DNA from: an uncultured Gemmatimonadales bacterium
GTDB lineage: Bacteria > Gemmatimonadota > Gemmatimonadetes > Gemmatimonadales > GWC2-71-9
Direction: 5' to 3'
NCBI GenBank assembly: GCA_963779755.1
Contig: CAVZZO010000003.1
Location: 96,001-160,000 of the forward strand
DNA: 64,000 nt
The notes below the pieces were generated by a model, which was not told the DNA's origin, did not search any database, and saw only the letters and a list, made by a program, of their open reading frames with translations. Position numbers and translations under genes: made by a program. Numbering within the stretch: the stretch's first letter is position 1; every line of letters begins with the position of its first letter. This document shows, piece by piece, positions 47,576-60,408 of this stretch.

Positions 47576-48735
47576 GCGACGGCCTCCAGCCGGGCACGCA
47601 GCCGGGCGGTGAGGGTGGGGCCGAGATAGAGCTGCGAGACCCGGTCGTCGAAGACCAGGTCGCGCACCGACCCGGAGACCTGCACTTTGCCTTCGAACAT
47701 GATGTATGCGCGATCCACGATATCGAGCGTCTGCTCCACGTTGTGATCGGTAATCAGCACGCCCAGGCCCCGGTGCCGCAGCCCGGCGACGATGGTCTGG
47801 ATGTCGTGCGTGGCGATCGGGTCCACACCGGCGAACGGCTCGTCCAGCAGCATGAACTTGGGCTCGGTGACCAGGGCGCGGGTGATTTCCAGCCGCCGCC
47901 GTTCCCCCCCGCTCAGGCTGTAGGCCCGGTTGCGGCGCAGGTGCTTGATGGACAGCTCGTCCAGCAGCCCTTCCAGGCGGCGCCGGCGCTCCTCCCGCGA
48001 AATGGGCAGCGTCTCCAGGATGGCATAGACGTTCTCTTCCACGGTCATCTTGCGGAAGATGCTCGGCTCCTGCGCCAGATACCCGATGCCCGCCCGGGCC
48101 CGTTTGTACATGGGCGCCTCGGTGAGGGCGGCGCCGTCGAGCAGCACCGCGCCCGCGTCGGGCTGAATCAGGCCGGTGATAAGGTAAAACGTCGTGGTCT
48201 TTCCCGCCCCGTTGGGGCCCAGCAGCCCGACGATCTCGCCCTGCCGCACCTCGAGCGTGACGTCGTCCACCACGCGGCGGCGCTTGAACGCCTTGGTGAG
48301 ATGACGCCCTTCCAGTACGCTGGAGCTGGGCGGCACCACATGATGCGCGTCGCTGGTGCCGTGGCGCAGGCCTTCGCGGGCCACGGCCAGCAGGTGGGTA
48401 CGGGCCCAGGGCCGATCGCCCATCGCCTCGACCCACCAGGGGCCGGCGGCGCGCACCGCCTCCTGATAGCCCACCGCGATGTACCCCTCGGTCGCCAGCC
48501 GCGGCAGCGTCGAGCGCAGCAGGTTCTCCCGCACCTGGTCGCCGGAGAGATCGCGCTGCACCGGAAAGCCCAGCTCCTGCACCGTGAGCAGGTAGGCCTC
48601 GCGATACGCGCCGACCAGATCGGAGAGCGTCGCCCGGCCGTCCTCGCCGGCGACCTGCACCAGCGCCGCCAGCGCCAGCGGCAGCGAGGCGTCGCGGTCG
48701 GCCAGCAGGGTCAGCCAGAGCGGCTGCACCGTCAT
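47572..48735 (-). CDS. lptB: LPS export ABC ATPase LptB with ~140-aa N-terminal extension
   Basis: GLLGPNGAGKTT, GYLAQEPSIFRK, LSGGERRRLEI, LDEPFAGVDP, ITDHNV. Confidence 0.92.
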   Translation of the reverse strand: MTVQPLWLTLLADRDASLPLALAALVQVAGEDGRATLSDLVGAYREAYLLTVQELGFPVQRDLSGDQVRENLLRSTLPRLATEGYIAVGYQEAVRAAGPWWVEAMGDRPWARTHLLAVAREGLRHGTSDAHHVVPPSSSVLEGRHLTKAFKRRRVVDDVTLEVRQGEIVGLLGPNGAGKTTTFYLITGLIQPDAGAVLLDGAALTEAPMYKRARAGIGYLAQEPSIFRKMTVEENVYAILETLPISREERRRRLEGLLDELSIKHLRRNRAYSLSGGERRRLEITRALVTEPKFMLLDEPFAGVDPIATHDIQTIVAGLRHRGLGVLITDHNVEQTLDIVDRAYIMFEGKVQVSGSVRDLVFDDRVSQLYLGPTLTARLRARLEAVA

Positions 48736-50063
48736 GGCTTCGGCCTCTCGCCGGCCGCCGCCGCCCGGGCGGAATCGGCCGCCGCGCTGTCGGGGACCTG
48801 TTCCAGGGGATCGAGCTGGACTCCGTCTACGTTCCCCCGCAGGTTCACCCGGTCCACCCCGCCCTGGGCATCGTCGCGCATGGTTACCACGATGGTATCG
48901 CCCCGGGAGTAGTTGAGCCCGGGCACGCCGCTCGAGTCCTGCTTCACGCGATAGAACGCCCGCGCCCGCCCCACGGCCTCGATGCGCTGGAGCACGGTAT
49001 GGGTCTGCCCCGCGGAATCGCGCTGCGCAAAGCGGGCGAGGACGCTGTCGCCTTCCATCCAGTCGCGCTCGGTGGTGACCACACAGTCGGGCGCCGAGCC
49101 CACGCAGGCCCCGCCAAAGGCCCGCGCCTCCGTCAGCACCTTGCCGGGCGTATCGAATGCCAGGCTGTCGGCCCGGATGGCGTAGTCGGGCGAATGCGCG
49201 AACGGCCGCAGTGAGTCGCCCCAGGCCAGGGTCTCCACCAGATCATGGTTCTCCAGCCGGAGGCTGATGGTGTCGGCCCGGAGATCGAGATCGCTGGTCA
49301 GGGCATGGCCGTTGCCCTGCGCCCGCACCCGGTTCAACTCCTTGTCGGCCAGGCCCAGCTCGATGCGCCGGCCGGTCAGGTTGAAGGAGTCGGCCCCCAG
49401 CCCGCGGATGACCGGCGAGCCGATCAGGCTGCCGTCGCTCCCGGCGCCGGTGTCCAGCCGCATGGAATCGGCCCGGGCGGCAAAATCGCTCCGGTCCACG
49501 GTGACCCGGCCGCCGGCCCAGATCCGGTCCTCGCCCTTGAAGCGCACCCGGTCTCCCACGATGCGATAGGGCTCGGCCGGCCTCCCCGCCGAATCCACCG
49601 GGATGTACTTGATGCTGGGCCGGCCCACGGCGTACATCTCCAGCGTGTCGCGCTGTCCCTTGATGGCCCGGTAGTAGTCCAGCGCCGGGCCGGTCAGGGT
49701 GGAACCGTTCTCCAGGTTTCGGGTCACCACATGGCCGCGGGCCTCCCAGCGCTCGCCCTGGCGGTAATAGGTGCCCCGGTCGGCATCCATGGTGATGGTC
49801 GTATCCTGGTAGCGCACGGCCCCGATAAACTGCAGCACGCCCTGGCCGCCGTACCAGGCGACGCTGTCGCTCCGCATATGGACGTTGAGGCCCACGCAAC
49901 TGATGCGCACATCGCCGCCGGCGAAGTAGTTGGTGCCGTCCGGCGTCTTGACCTGGGCGCCCTCCCGCTCTACGTGGTCCAGGCTGAAGAGGCACTTCTC
50001 CCCCTGAGCGGCCAGGGGGGACGCCAGCAGCAGGAGCAGTCCGGTACAGGCCAGGCGTCTCAT
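48732..50063 (-). CDS. LptA/OstA-like beta-jellyroll periplasmic protein (long form)
   Basis: Signal peptide, repeated beta motifs (A.G.V, .GD.I), position between lptC and lptB. Confidence 0.7.
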   Translation of the reverse strand: MRRLACTGLLLLLASPLAAQGEKCLFSLDHVEREGAQVKTPDGTNYFAGGDVRISCVGLNVHMRSDSVAWYGGQGVLQFIGAVRYQDTTITMDADRGTYYRQGERWEARGHVVTRNLENGSTLTGPALDYYRAIKGQRDTLEMYAVGRPSIKYIPVDSAGRPAEPYRIVGDRVRFKGEDRIWAGGRVTVDRSDFAARADSMRLDTGAGSDGSLIGSPVIRGLGADSFNLTGRRIELGLADKELNRVRAQGNGHALTSDLDLRADTISLRLENHDLVETLAWGDSLRPFAHSPDYAIRADSLAFDTPGKVLTEARAFGGACVGSAPDCVVTTERDWMEGDSVLARFAQRDSAGQTHTVLQRIEAVGRARAFYRVKQDSSGVPGLNYSRGDTIVVTMRDDAQGGVDRVNLRGNVDGVQLDPLEQVPDSAAADSARAAAAGERPKP

Positions 50064-50680
50064 TGGCCCGGCAGGAGCCGCGACCCGCCCTCCCGGCCGG
50101 TCGGTCGCTGCACCACGATATGCGTGAAGTCGGGATCGGAGGTGAAGCCCTCGCCCTCCCAGTGATCGCCCCCGCCGTCCACCGTGAAGTGCTGGTCGGT
50201 GCTCACCTTGTTGGTCGCCGGATCGTAGCGGAGCACGGTGGTATGCAGCACCCGGCCGTCGGTCGAGGTCCCCACGACATGGCCTTCGGCGTGCATGGCG
50301 CCGTTCCGCGCCTGATAGACCCCGCTGTCGGCGGTGATCACGGAGGTGGGGCTGCCCTGCGAGTCGCCGAAGGTGACCTTCAGATTCCGCAGATGCACCT
50401 CCTGCACCTGGTTGAAAACCCAGGCGGTATCGGCCTCCACCAGCCCGCGCCGCACCCCGTTCTCGGTGATGTACTGGGAGGTTCCCAGCAGCATCTGGTC
50501 GGCGGAATCGGGGCTGGCGACGGTGGTGGTGGGGCGCACGCCGCCCTCGCCGCAGCCGGCGAGGCACACGGCGGCGAGGACAGCACCGAGGACCGCAAGA
50601 CGGCAAGACGGCAAGACGGCAAGACGCCGCGCACAGCCTGCCGTCCTGCTGTCCTGCCGTTCTGCCGTCCTGGAATTCAT
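50060..50680 (-). CDS. lptC: LPS export protein LptC
   Basis: Lipobox-like LAGC; ITADSG.Y, A.GHVV, LHT..L.YD...KVSTD, G.GF.SD; synteny kdsD-lptC-lptA-lptB. Confidence 0.8.
   Translation of the reverse strand: MNSRTAERQDSRTAGCARRLAVLPSCRLAVLGAVLAAVCLAGCGEGGVRPTTTVASPDSADQMLLGTSQYITENGVRRGLVEADTAWVFNQVQEVHLRNLKVTFGDSQGSPTSVITADSGVYQARNGAMHAEGHVVGTSTDGRVLHTTVLRYDPATNKVSTDQHFTVDGGGDHWEGEGFTSDPDFTHIVVQRPTGREGGSRLLPGQ
50593..50670. repeat. Palindromic octamer repeat (CGGCAAGA x3-4 / CTGCCGTC x4) inside the lptC 5' end
   Basis: Direct reading of 50593-50624 and 50638-50670. Confidence 0.85.
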
Positions 50681-51648
50681 ACCGCCCCCGCTCGCATCAG
50701 GTCATGCAGATGTACGACGCCCACGAGGCGGTCCTTCTCGTCCAGCACCGGCAGGGCCATGATGCCGTGCCGCTCCATGGTGCCGACCGCGCTCGCCGCC
50801 AGCTCGTCGGCACGGGCGGTCCGGGGGCTGCGGGTCATGACCGACCCGGCCTCGCGCTCCAGGAAGGCGTCCGCCTGCTCCACCAGCCGGGTGAGGTCGC
50901 CGGCGGTGATGACCCCCAGCAGGCACTCCCGGCTTCCCACGCAGACGATGCCGCGATGGCGGGCCAGGGCCATGACGCCCTCGCGCATGGTGGCATCCTC
51001 GGCCAGCAGGGCGAAGTCCGGCAGCATGACGTCGCGGACCTTGAGGCTCAGCTTGGTCCCCAGCCGGCCGCCCGGATGCAGCGCCGCGAAATCCTCCGCC
51101 CGGAAGCCCTTGGCCTCCATCAGCGCGATCGCCAGGGCATCGCCCAGGGCGAGCGCCACCGTGGTGCTGGCGGTCGGGGCAAGGTCGTGCGGGCAGGCCT
51201 CTTCGCTGACGCCGGCATCCAGCGCCAGGGTGGCGGCCCGGCCCAGGAAGCTCTCCGGCCGCCCGGTGATGGCGATGACCGGCACTTTCATCCGCTGCAG
51301 CGACCCCAGCAACCCGAACAGCTCCTGCGATTCGCCGCTCTTGCTCAGCACGATGGCGACGTCCTCCGGGCTCACCAGGCCCAGGTCGCCGTGCAGGCTG
51401 TCCACCGGGTGGAGGAAGCTGGCCGGCGTACCGGTGGAGGTGAGGGTGGCGGCGATCTTCCGGGCGATGAGGCCGCTCTTCCCCACCCCGGCCACGATGA
51501 CGCGGCCGCGCGCCGCGCGCAGCAACTCCACTGCGCCATCGAACGCCGGCCCCAGCCGCTCCTGGGCGGCCAGGATCTCCCGCGCCTCGAGGCGCAGCAC
51601 GCGGCGGCCGGTTTCGGCCGCCCGCACCAGCTCAGGCCGCGTCGTCAC
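50677..51648 (-). CDS. kdsD: Arabinose-5-phosphate isomerase (KpsF/GutQ, SIS + CBS)
   Basis: GVGKSGLIARKIAATL.STGTP, HGDLG, EACP..LAPT.ST, HPGG.LG. Confidence 0.93.
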   Translation of the reverse strand: MTTRPELVRAAETGRRVLRLEAREILAAQERLGPAFDGAVELLRAARGRVIVAGVGKSGLIARKIAATLTSTGTPASFLHPVDSLHGDLGLVSPEDVAIVLSKSGESQELFGLLGSLQRMKVPVIAITGRPESFLGRAATLALDAGVSEEACPHDLAPTASTTVALALGDALAIALMEAKGFRAEDFAALHPGGRLGTKLSLKVRDVMLPDFALLAEDATMREGVMALARHRGIVCVGSRECLLGVITAGDLTRLVEQADAFLEREAGSVMTRSPRTARADELAASAVGTMERHGIMALPVLDEKDRLVGVVHLHDLMRAGAV

Positions 51649-52182
51649 CGCGATCCCGGAGATACCGTTTCACCTCCTCGGGCCACGCACCGCGGGCCCG
51701 CAGAATGGCCTCGACCGCTTCCCGTACCGCGCCGGCGCCACCGCTCGCCTGGGTGATGTAGGCCGCGCACGCTTTCACCTCCGGTACCGCATTCGCCACC
51801 GCGATCGGCAGGCCGACGCGGCGAAGCAGGGGCACATCGGCCAGATCATCGGCCACGAAGGCAACGTCGTCCCAGTCGATCCCGCGGCGCTGGAGCAGTT
51901 CCTGCATCGCCGGCAGCTTGGCGGCGCTGTCCACCTGGATCAGCTCGTCGGGCTTCAACTCCGCGGCCCGGAGATTGGTGGCCGGCGACTGCCGCCCGCT
52001 GAGCCAGACGACCGGCATACCGGTCTGGCGCAGAATGGTGAGCCCCAGGCCGTCCTGGATGTCGAAGCGTTTGAACTCGACCCGCTGGCCGTTCACCTCG
52101 CCGATATACACGGCGTTATCGGTGAGGACCCCGTCCACGTCGAGCCCCAGGAGCCGGATGCGGGCCGCCACCGCGGGGTCGA

Positions 52183-52186
<4 letters not shown>
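51632..52186 (-). CDS. kdsC: KDO 8-phosphate phosphatase
   Basis: LDVDGVLTD, K.FDIQDGLG, DDLAD, GG.GAVRE. Confidence 0.92.
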
Positions 52187-54677
<2,491 letters not shown>

Positions 54678-55421
54678 TCACCGATGAAGTGAATGCCAGT
54701 GTTGTTCGGCCTGCCGCAGATCGTCCGGGGTATCCACGCCCGGGGGAACCGGCTGCGACAGCCGCGCCACCCCGATGGTCAATCCGTGTTGCAGGGCGCG
54801 CAGCTGTTCCAGCTGCTCCGCCCGTTCCGCGTCGGTAGGCGGCAGCGCCACCCACCGTTGCAGCGCCTCGCGGGCATAGACATAGAGCCCGATATGCTGC
54901 CAGTAGAGTCCGTCGGCCGGGACGTTCGCGTCGCGCCGGTGCGGAATGACCGCCCGGGAGAAGTAGAGCGCCCGCCCATCGGTGCCCAGTACCACTTTCA
55001 CCCGGGCCGGATCCTCCACCTGCGCGGCGGGCAGCGGGGCGGCGGCGGTGCCCACGGCATCGCCCGATCGCACCCGCGCGACCGCCCCTTCCAGGGCTTC
55101 GCGCGTGAGAAACGGCTCGTCGCCCTGAATGTTGGCGATGACGTCGTACTCGGCGAATTCCCGCCGGCTCGCCACCTCGGCCACACGCTCGGTGCCCGAG
55201 GCATGTTCCGGGCTGGTGAGCACCACCGGGATCCCCGTCCGCTCGACCACCCTGGCGACCATCGAACTGTCGGTGGCCACGACCAGGTGATCCACCAGAC
55301 CATGCTCCTGGACGCGCTCGACTACCCGGGTCACCAGGGGCTCACCGGCCAGTAATTGCAGCGGTTTATTGGGGAGTCTGGTGGAACCCAGACGGGCCGG
55401 AACAACGCCTAGGATGCGCAC
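54678..55421 (-). CDS. kdsB: CMP-KDO synthetase
   Basis: PARLGSTRLPNKPL, SGTER, NIQGDEP, ALYFSR, HIGLY, LEQLRAL, VDTP.DL. Confidence 0.96.
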   Translation of the reverse strand: MRILGVVPARLGSTRLPNKPLQLLAGEPLVTRVVERVQEHGLVDHLVVATDSSMVARVVERTGIPVVLTSPEHASGTERVAEVASRREFAEYDVIANIQGDEPFLTREALEGAVARVRSGDAVGTAAAPLPAAQVEDPARVKVVLGTDGRALYFSRAVIPHRRDANVPADGLYWQHIGLYVYAREALQRWVALPPTDAERAEQLEQLRALQHGLTIGVARLSQPVPPGVDTPDDLRQAEQHWHSLHR

Positions 55422-55426
55422 GACCA

Positions 55427-55455
55427 AAGCTAATGTGCGGCCGGGTCGCTGTCAA
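55427..55455 (-). promoter_or_regulatory. Sigma70 promoter of the kdsB...dapF run (probably leaderless)
   Basis: Minus strand reads TTGACA-17 nt-TAGCTT-5 nt-GTG. Confidence 0.7.
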
Positions 55456-55523
55456 AATGCGTGCCGGAATGATCGGCGCGTTAGGGGCGGCCTGTAACGG
55501 CAGCACTCCTAATGCTTTAGCAC

Positions 55524-55618
55524 GAGGGACCAGGGAGCAGGAATCAGGGATCGAGGACCGGGCGAAGCCGCATCTCGATGCTTAGTCTGACTCCTGGTTC
55601 CTGATCCCTGGTCCCTCC
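55524..55618. repeat. Palindromic heptamer repeat (CAGGGA./TCCCTG family)
   Basis: GAGGGACCAGGGAGCAGGAATCAGGGA ... CTCCTGGTTCCTGATCCCTGGTCCCTC. Confidence 0.75.
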
Positions 55619-56290
55619 TACGGCTTCGGCGGCGCGGGCGGCGCTTGCGGCACCCCGTTCGCCCGCTGAATCGAGTCCACCTGGTGCTGCACCGCCTGGC
55701 GGATGGAATCCCCCATCCTGCGGCTCGCTTCGCCCATGCGGCGGCCCATTTCGGCCATGGAGTCGGCCATCTGGCGCAGCGCGGCCGTATCCACCGGCAT
55801 CGAGTCGTTGACCCAGACCCGGGGGGAGCGGGCCTTGCTCCTGCGCAGGTCGGCAATCACCCGGTCGGGCAGCAGCAGCGGATAGCTCTGATCCGCGATC
55901 GCGACCTCGCCATAGGGCGCCAGGCCGGCGGTATCGCCCTTCACGCATTCGAAGCTGGAGTGTTCGTCGAAGTGCTCCACGTCGTTCACGGCGAAGCTGC
56001 ACCCCTGGAGCTGGTCGGTGGAGACGCTATCGTCCAACTTTGCCCAGATCTTCACGCTGGAGATAACTTTGGGGGTCTCCCGCTCCAGCCGGACCCGCTC
56101 GATGCTCCCCAGCCGCTGATTGTTCAGCCGGAAGGGCAGCACCCCGAAGGGAATGGGGAACTCCAGCGGCGATGCCGTCTCCTTCACGACGTGGACCTTG
56201 TGCCGAACGCTATGAAACGCGGCGACGATGAGCATGCCGAGCCCGAAGATGGCCACGGCGCCCAGCACGATCTTGAGCCAGTAAGTGCGC

Positions 56291-56292
<2 letters not shown>
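55618..56292 (-). CDS. Membrane-anchored hypothetical protein
   Basis: RBS GGAGAGG, N-terminal TM helix (MRTYWLKIVLGAVAIF...), typical GC3 codon usage, coiled C-terminus. Confidence 0.65.
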
Positions 56293-57060
<768 letters not shown>

Positions 57061-57064
<4 letters not shown>

Positions 57065-58770
57065 TCGGGGCGTTTCTCTACCTCACCGGCCGGACCCTCT
57101 CCCACCGGCTCGCCCGGCAAGTCCGCCGGTTGCGCGAACCACGCTATCTCGTCGCGATCGTGGTCGGTGGATTCTACCTGTACTACTTCCTGGTCCGTCC
57201 ACGTGATGACAGCACCAACCGGGCGCTGGTGACTTCCAGCTGGCTGCCGCTGGTGGCACTGGCCGGATTGCTTGCGGCGGTGGTCCGGTGGTGGGTCTTC
57301 GGCAGCGACCGCACGGCCCTCGCCTTCTCGCCGGCCGAGGTGCAGTTCCTCTTCCCGGCGCCCATCAGCCGCCGCTCGCTGCTCCGCTGGAAGCTGCTCC
57401 GGCTACAGGTGGTCATCCTGCTCAACACGCTGATCTGGGCCCTGCTGCTGCGCCGGGGGGAGGCTCCGGAGGGCATGGGGTACTATCTGGCGGCGATCTA
57501 CGTGGTCTTCGCCACGCTGAGCCTGCACCGGCTGGGAGCCTCGCTGGCCCGGGCCGGCCTGCGCCAGCACGCCGGATCGGCGGCGCGGGGACAGCTGCTG
57601 CCGGCTGGGCTGGTGCTGGCCGCCAGCCTGGTGCTGATCACCGCGCTGGTCCGGCACTGGACGGCGCTCGCCACCAGCGTTGGAACCGGCCACTTCGGAG
57701 AGGCGGTCCAGGCGCTTCTCTCCGTGCCGGCGGTAGCGGTCGTGCTGTGGCCTTTCCGGGCGCTGCTGGCGCCGGTGTTCGCCACCGGCCACGAGGCCTG
57801 GCTTCGCGCCATGGGGCCGGCGTTGGGCCTCCTGGCGCTCCATTATCTCTGGGTCATGCGCTCCGATGCCGCCTTCGAGGAGGCGGCGCTGGCCGCCTCC
57901 GCGGAGCGGGCGCGCCGGCTGGAGGCCGTCCGCCAGGGCTACCGGGTGGCGCCCGCCCGCGCCCCGGGCTCCAGCCGTCCCGCCTGGTTCCCACTGCGAC
58001 CCACCGGGTGGCCCGGCAGCGCCTTTCTCTGGAAGAATACCGTCGCCGCCACCCGCAACCTGCGGCCGATGGTCATCGCCGTCCCCTTTGTCGCCGCAGC
58101 CGTGGTCATGGGGAGCGGCTCTGCCTTCAGCCGCGGCGGCTGGGCCCAGGCCGCCGGCCTCATTGGCCTCTTGCTGGCGGCCATGCTGCTCTTCTTCGGC
58201 CCGGTGTGGATTCGCAACGATCTCCGCAGCGATCTGGCGCGTCTGGATCTCCTGCGCAGCTACCCGCTGAGGGGCCGCACCATCGCCGCCGGGGAAATCG
58301 CGGCCTCCGTGGTGCTGCTGACTTCCCTGGAGCTGGCCCTGCTGCTGCTGGCCTTTCTGGCGTTCCTGGGCAGCGACGTGCCCGGGTTTCCCCTGAGCCA
58401 GCGGGCCGGTGCGCTGGTTCTCGCCATCGGGCTGCTGCCGGGCCTCAACGCCCTGACGCTGACCTTGCAGAATGCCGCTGCCCTGCTCTTCCCGGACTGG
58501 ATCAACGCCTGGGGGGTGAAGGGCGGCGGCGTGGAAACGATGGGCCAGAACGTGGTTACCATGACGCTGTCCCTGCTGCTCACCCTGCTCGGAGCGCTGG
58601 GCCCGCTCCTGGCCGGCGGCCTCGCAATGGGCGCGCTGTATCCGCTGCTGGGGCGCTGGGCCGCGGTGCCCGCCGCCGTGATCGCGCTGGCGGCGGCGGG
58701 ACTGGAGCTGTACCTCCTGCTGTTGTCCGTAGGGAGGATCTTTGATCGAAGCAACACATATGAAGCCTGA
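57061..58770 (+). CDS. Putative ABC exporter membrane subunit
   Basis: ATGA overlap with the ATPase; FSPAEVQFLFPAP, DL.R.DLLRSYPL; about 12 TM helices. Confidence 0.75.
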
Positions 58771-58898
58771 CCGTCCCGGCCGGCCCGCACCCGGCGGTGA
58801 GTCCAGTCACGGTGAAATCCGGCGCTTCGCCGTACACTCGTACTGCGGCCGTCACAGGACGGCCGTTCCAATAGCAACGATACGAGTGGGAGGTTCAT

Positions 58899-59390
58899 AT
58901 GACGATAGGATCCCTGCAGGAACTGCTGGTGGATCATCTGCGTGACATGTACAACGCCGAGAAGCAGCTGGTCGGCGCCCTGCCGAAGATGGCCGAACAT
59001 TCCGCGTCCAGTGATCTTCGGAGCGCCTTCGAACAGCACCTGAAGGTGACCGAGGGCCAGGTGCGGCGGCTGGAGCAGGTGTTCAACCAGATGGGGGTGC
59101 CCGTGAAGGGGAAGCGCTGCGCCGGCATGGAGGGCCTCGTGGAAGAGGCCAGCGAGTTCCTGGACGGCAATCTCTCCGATGAAGTCCGGGATGCCGCGCT
59201 CATCAGCGCCGCGCAGAAGGTGGAGCATTATGAGATCTCCGCCTATGGCACCGCCTGCACCTGGGCGGACGAGCTCGGCCTCAAGGAAGTGAAGAACCTG
59301 CTGCACGAATCGCTGGAGGAGGAGCGGGAGGCGGACGAAACGCTGACCGACATCGCCGAGGCGAGCGTGAACGAGAAGGCGGAGCAGTAG
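58899..59390 (+). CDS. Ferritin-like YciE/YciF (DUF892) protein
   Basis: LRDMYNAEKQL..ALPKM, HL..TE.QV.RLE, AQKVEHYEISAYG. Confidence 0.9.
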   Translation: MTIGSLQELLVDHLRDMYNAEKQLVGALPKMAEHSASSDLRSAFEQHLKVTEGQVRRLEQVFNQMGVPVKGKRCAGMEGLVEEASEFLDGNLSDEVRDAALISAAQKVEHYEISAYGTACTWADELGLKEVKNLLHESLEEEREADETLTDIAEASVNEKAEQ

Positions 59391-59411
59391 GAGCTCGAAG
59401 GCTTCCGGGAG

Positions 59412-59485
59412 CCCTCGACCTCCTCGACCCTCTCGACCTCTCATGCAGGTCGAGGTGGTCGAGAGGGCTGAGATGGTCGAGGTCT
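59412..59485. repeat. Palindromic nonamer repeat (CTCGACC../GGTCGAG..) between convergent genes
   Basis: CCTCGACCT-CCTCGACCC-TCTCGACCT ... AGGTCGAGG-TGGTCGAGA...GGTCGAGG. Confidence 0.75.
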
Positions 59486-59490
59486 AATTT

Positions 59491-60408
59491 CTAGCCCCTC
59501 GGATGGTACTGCTTGTGCACCGACCGGAGATACTCCCGGTCCACATGGGTATAGAGCTGGGTCGTGCTGAGGTCGGCATGGCCCAGCATCTCCTGGACGG
59601 CCCGGAGGTCGGCGCCGCCTTCCAGGAGATGGGTAGCGAAACTGTGCCGGAGAGTGTGAGGCGTCACCCGCTTCCTGATGCCGGCGGCCTTGGCCCAGCG
59701 CTTGACGATGCCCCATGCGCCCACCCGTGAGAGCGGCTGGCCGCGGGCGTTGAGCAGGACGCGATTCTGGGATTTCCCCCGGTCCAGCTCGGAGCGCAGG
59801 GTGTGGAGATACACCGAGACGGTTCCGATCACCGGACGGCCCACCGGCACCAGCCGCTCCTTGCTGCCCTTCCCGAACACCCGCACCAGGCCTTCCTCCA
59901 GCAACAGGTCGCCCCGCGTCATCCCGCAGAGCTCGGAGACCCGGAGCCCTGCCCCGTAGCCCAGTTCCAGCAGGGTGCGGTCGCGCCAGGCCATGGGTTC
60001 CTCGATACCCGGCGCGCCCAGCAGCGCTTCGATTTCCTTGACGGTCAGCACCGCCGGCAGAGTCCGGCCGGGGCGCGGCGCCTCCAGCTGCTCGCTGGGA
60101 TCGTCCCGGCAAAGGCCTTCGCCGGCCAGGAAGCCATAGTAGGTCCGCACGGCGGACACTTGCCGCCGGATGCTGGCGGGGCTCAAACCCAGGTCCTTCA
60201 GGGAGAATACGAATTTCCGCAGCTGGCTCCGGCTCACGTTCGCCGGATCGCCGACGCCAGACAGTTCGAGGAACCTCGCCAGCCGCCGGAGGTCGCGCAG
60301 GTAGGCTACGATGGTATTCGGACTGTGGCCCGCTTCCAGCGCCAGATAGTCCTGGAACAACTCCAGGTAGAAGGCGCGGTCCAGCGCCGAGGGGGCGTCA
60401 GTCTTCAT
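59491..60408 (-). CDS. xerD: Tyrosine recombinase XerD
   Basis: S.NT..AY.RDL, RD..LLEL.YG.GLRVSEL, GKGSKERLVP, TPHTLRHSFATHLLEGGADLRAVQEMLGH, TTQLYTHV, HPRG. Confidence 0.9.
   Translation of the reverse strand: MKTDAPSALDRAFYLELFQDYLALEAGHSPNTIVAYLRDLRRLARFLELSGVGDPANVSRSQLRKFVFSLKDLGLSPASIRRQVSAVRTYYGFLAGEGLCRDDPSEQLEAPRPGRTLPAVLTVKEIEALLGAPGIEEPMAWRDRTLLELGYGAGLRVSELCGMTRGDLLLEEGLVRVFGKGSKERLVPVGRPVIGTVSVYLHTLRSELDRGKSQNRVLLNARGQPLSRVGAWGIVKRWAKAAGIRKRVTPHTLRHSFATHLLEGGADLRAVQEMLGHADLSTTQLYTHVDREYLRSVHKQYHPRG

Noticed and set aside
47576..48436. 796-aa extended RpoN
   Set aside because: The extension is an alternative frame of lptB; the real start is GTG 47575 overlapping the lptB stop
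59491..60408. Phage/ICE integrase
   Set aside because: Motifs and housekeeping context fit chromosomal XerD; no mobile-element genes nearby
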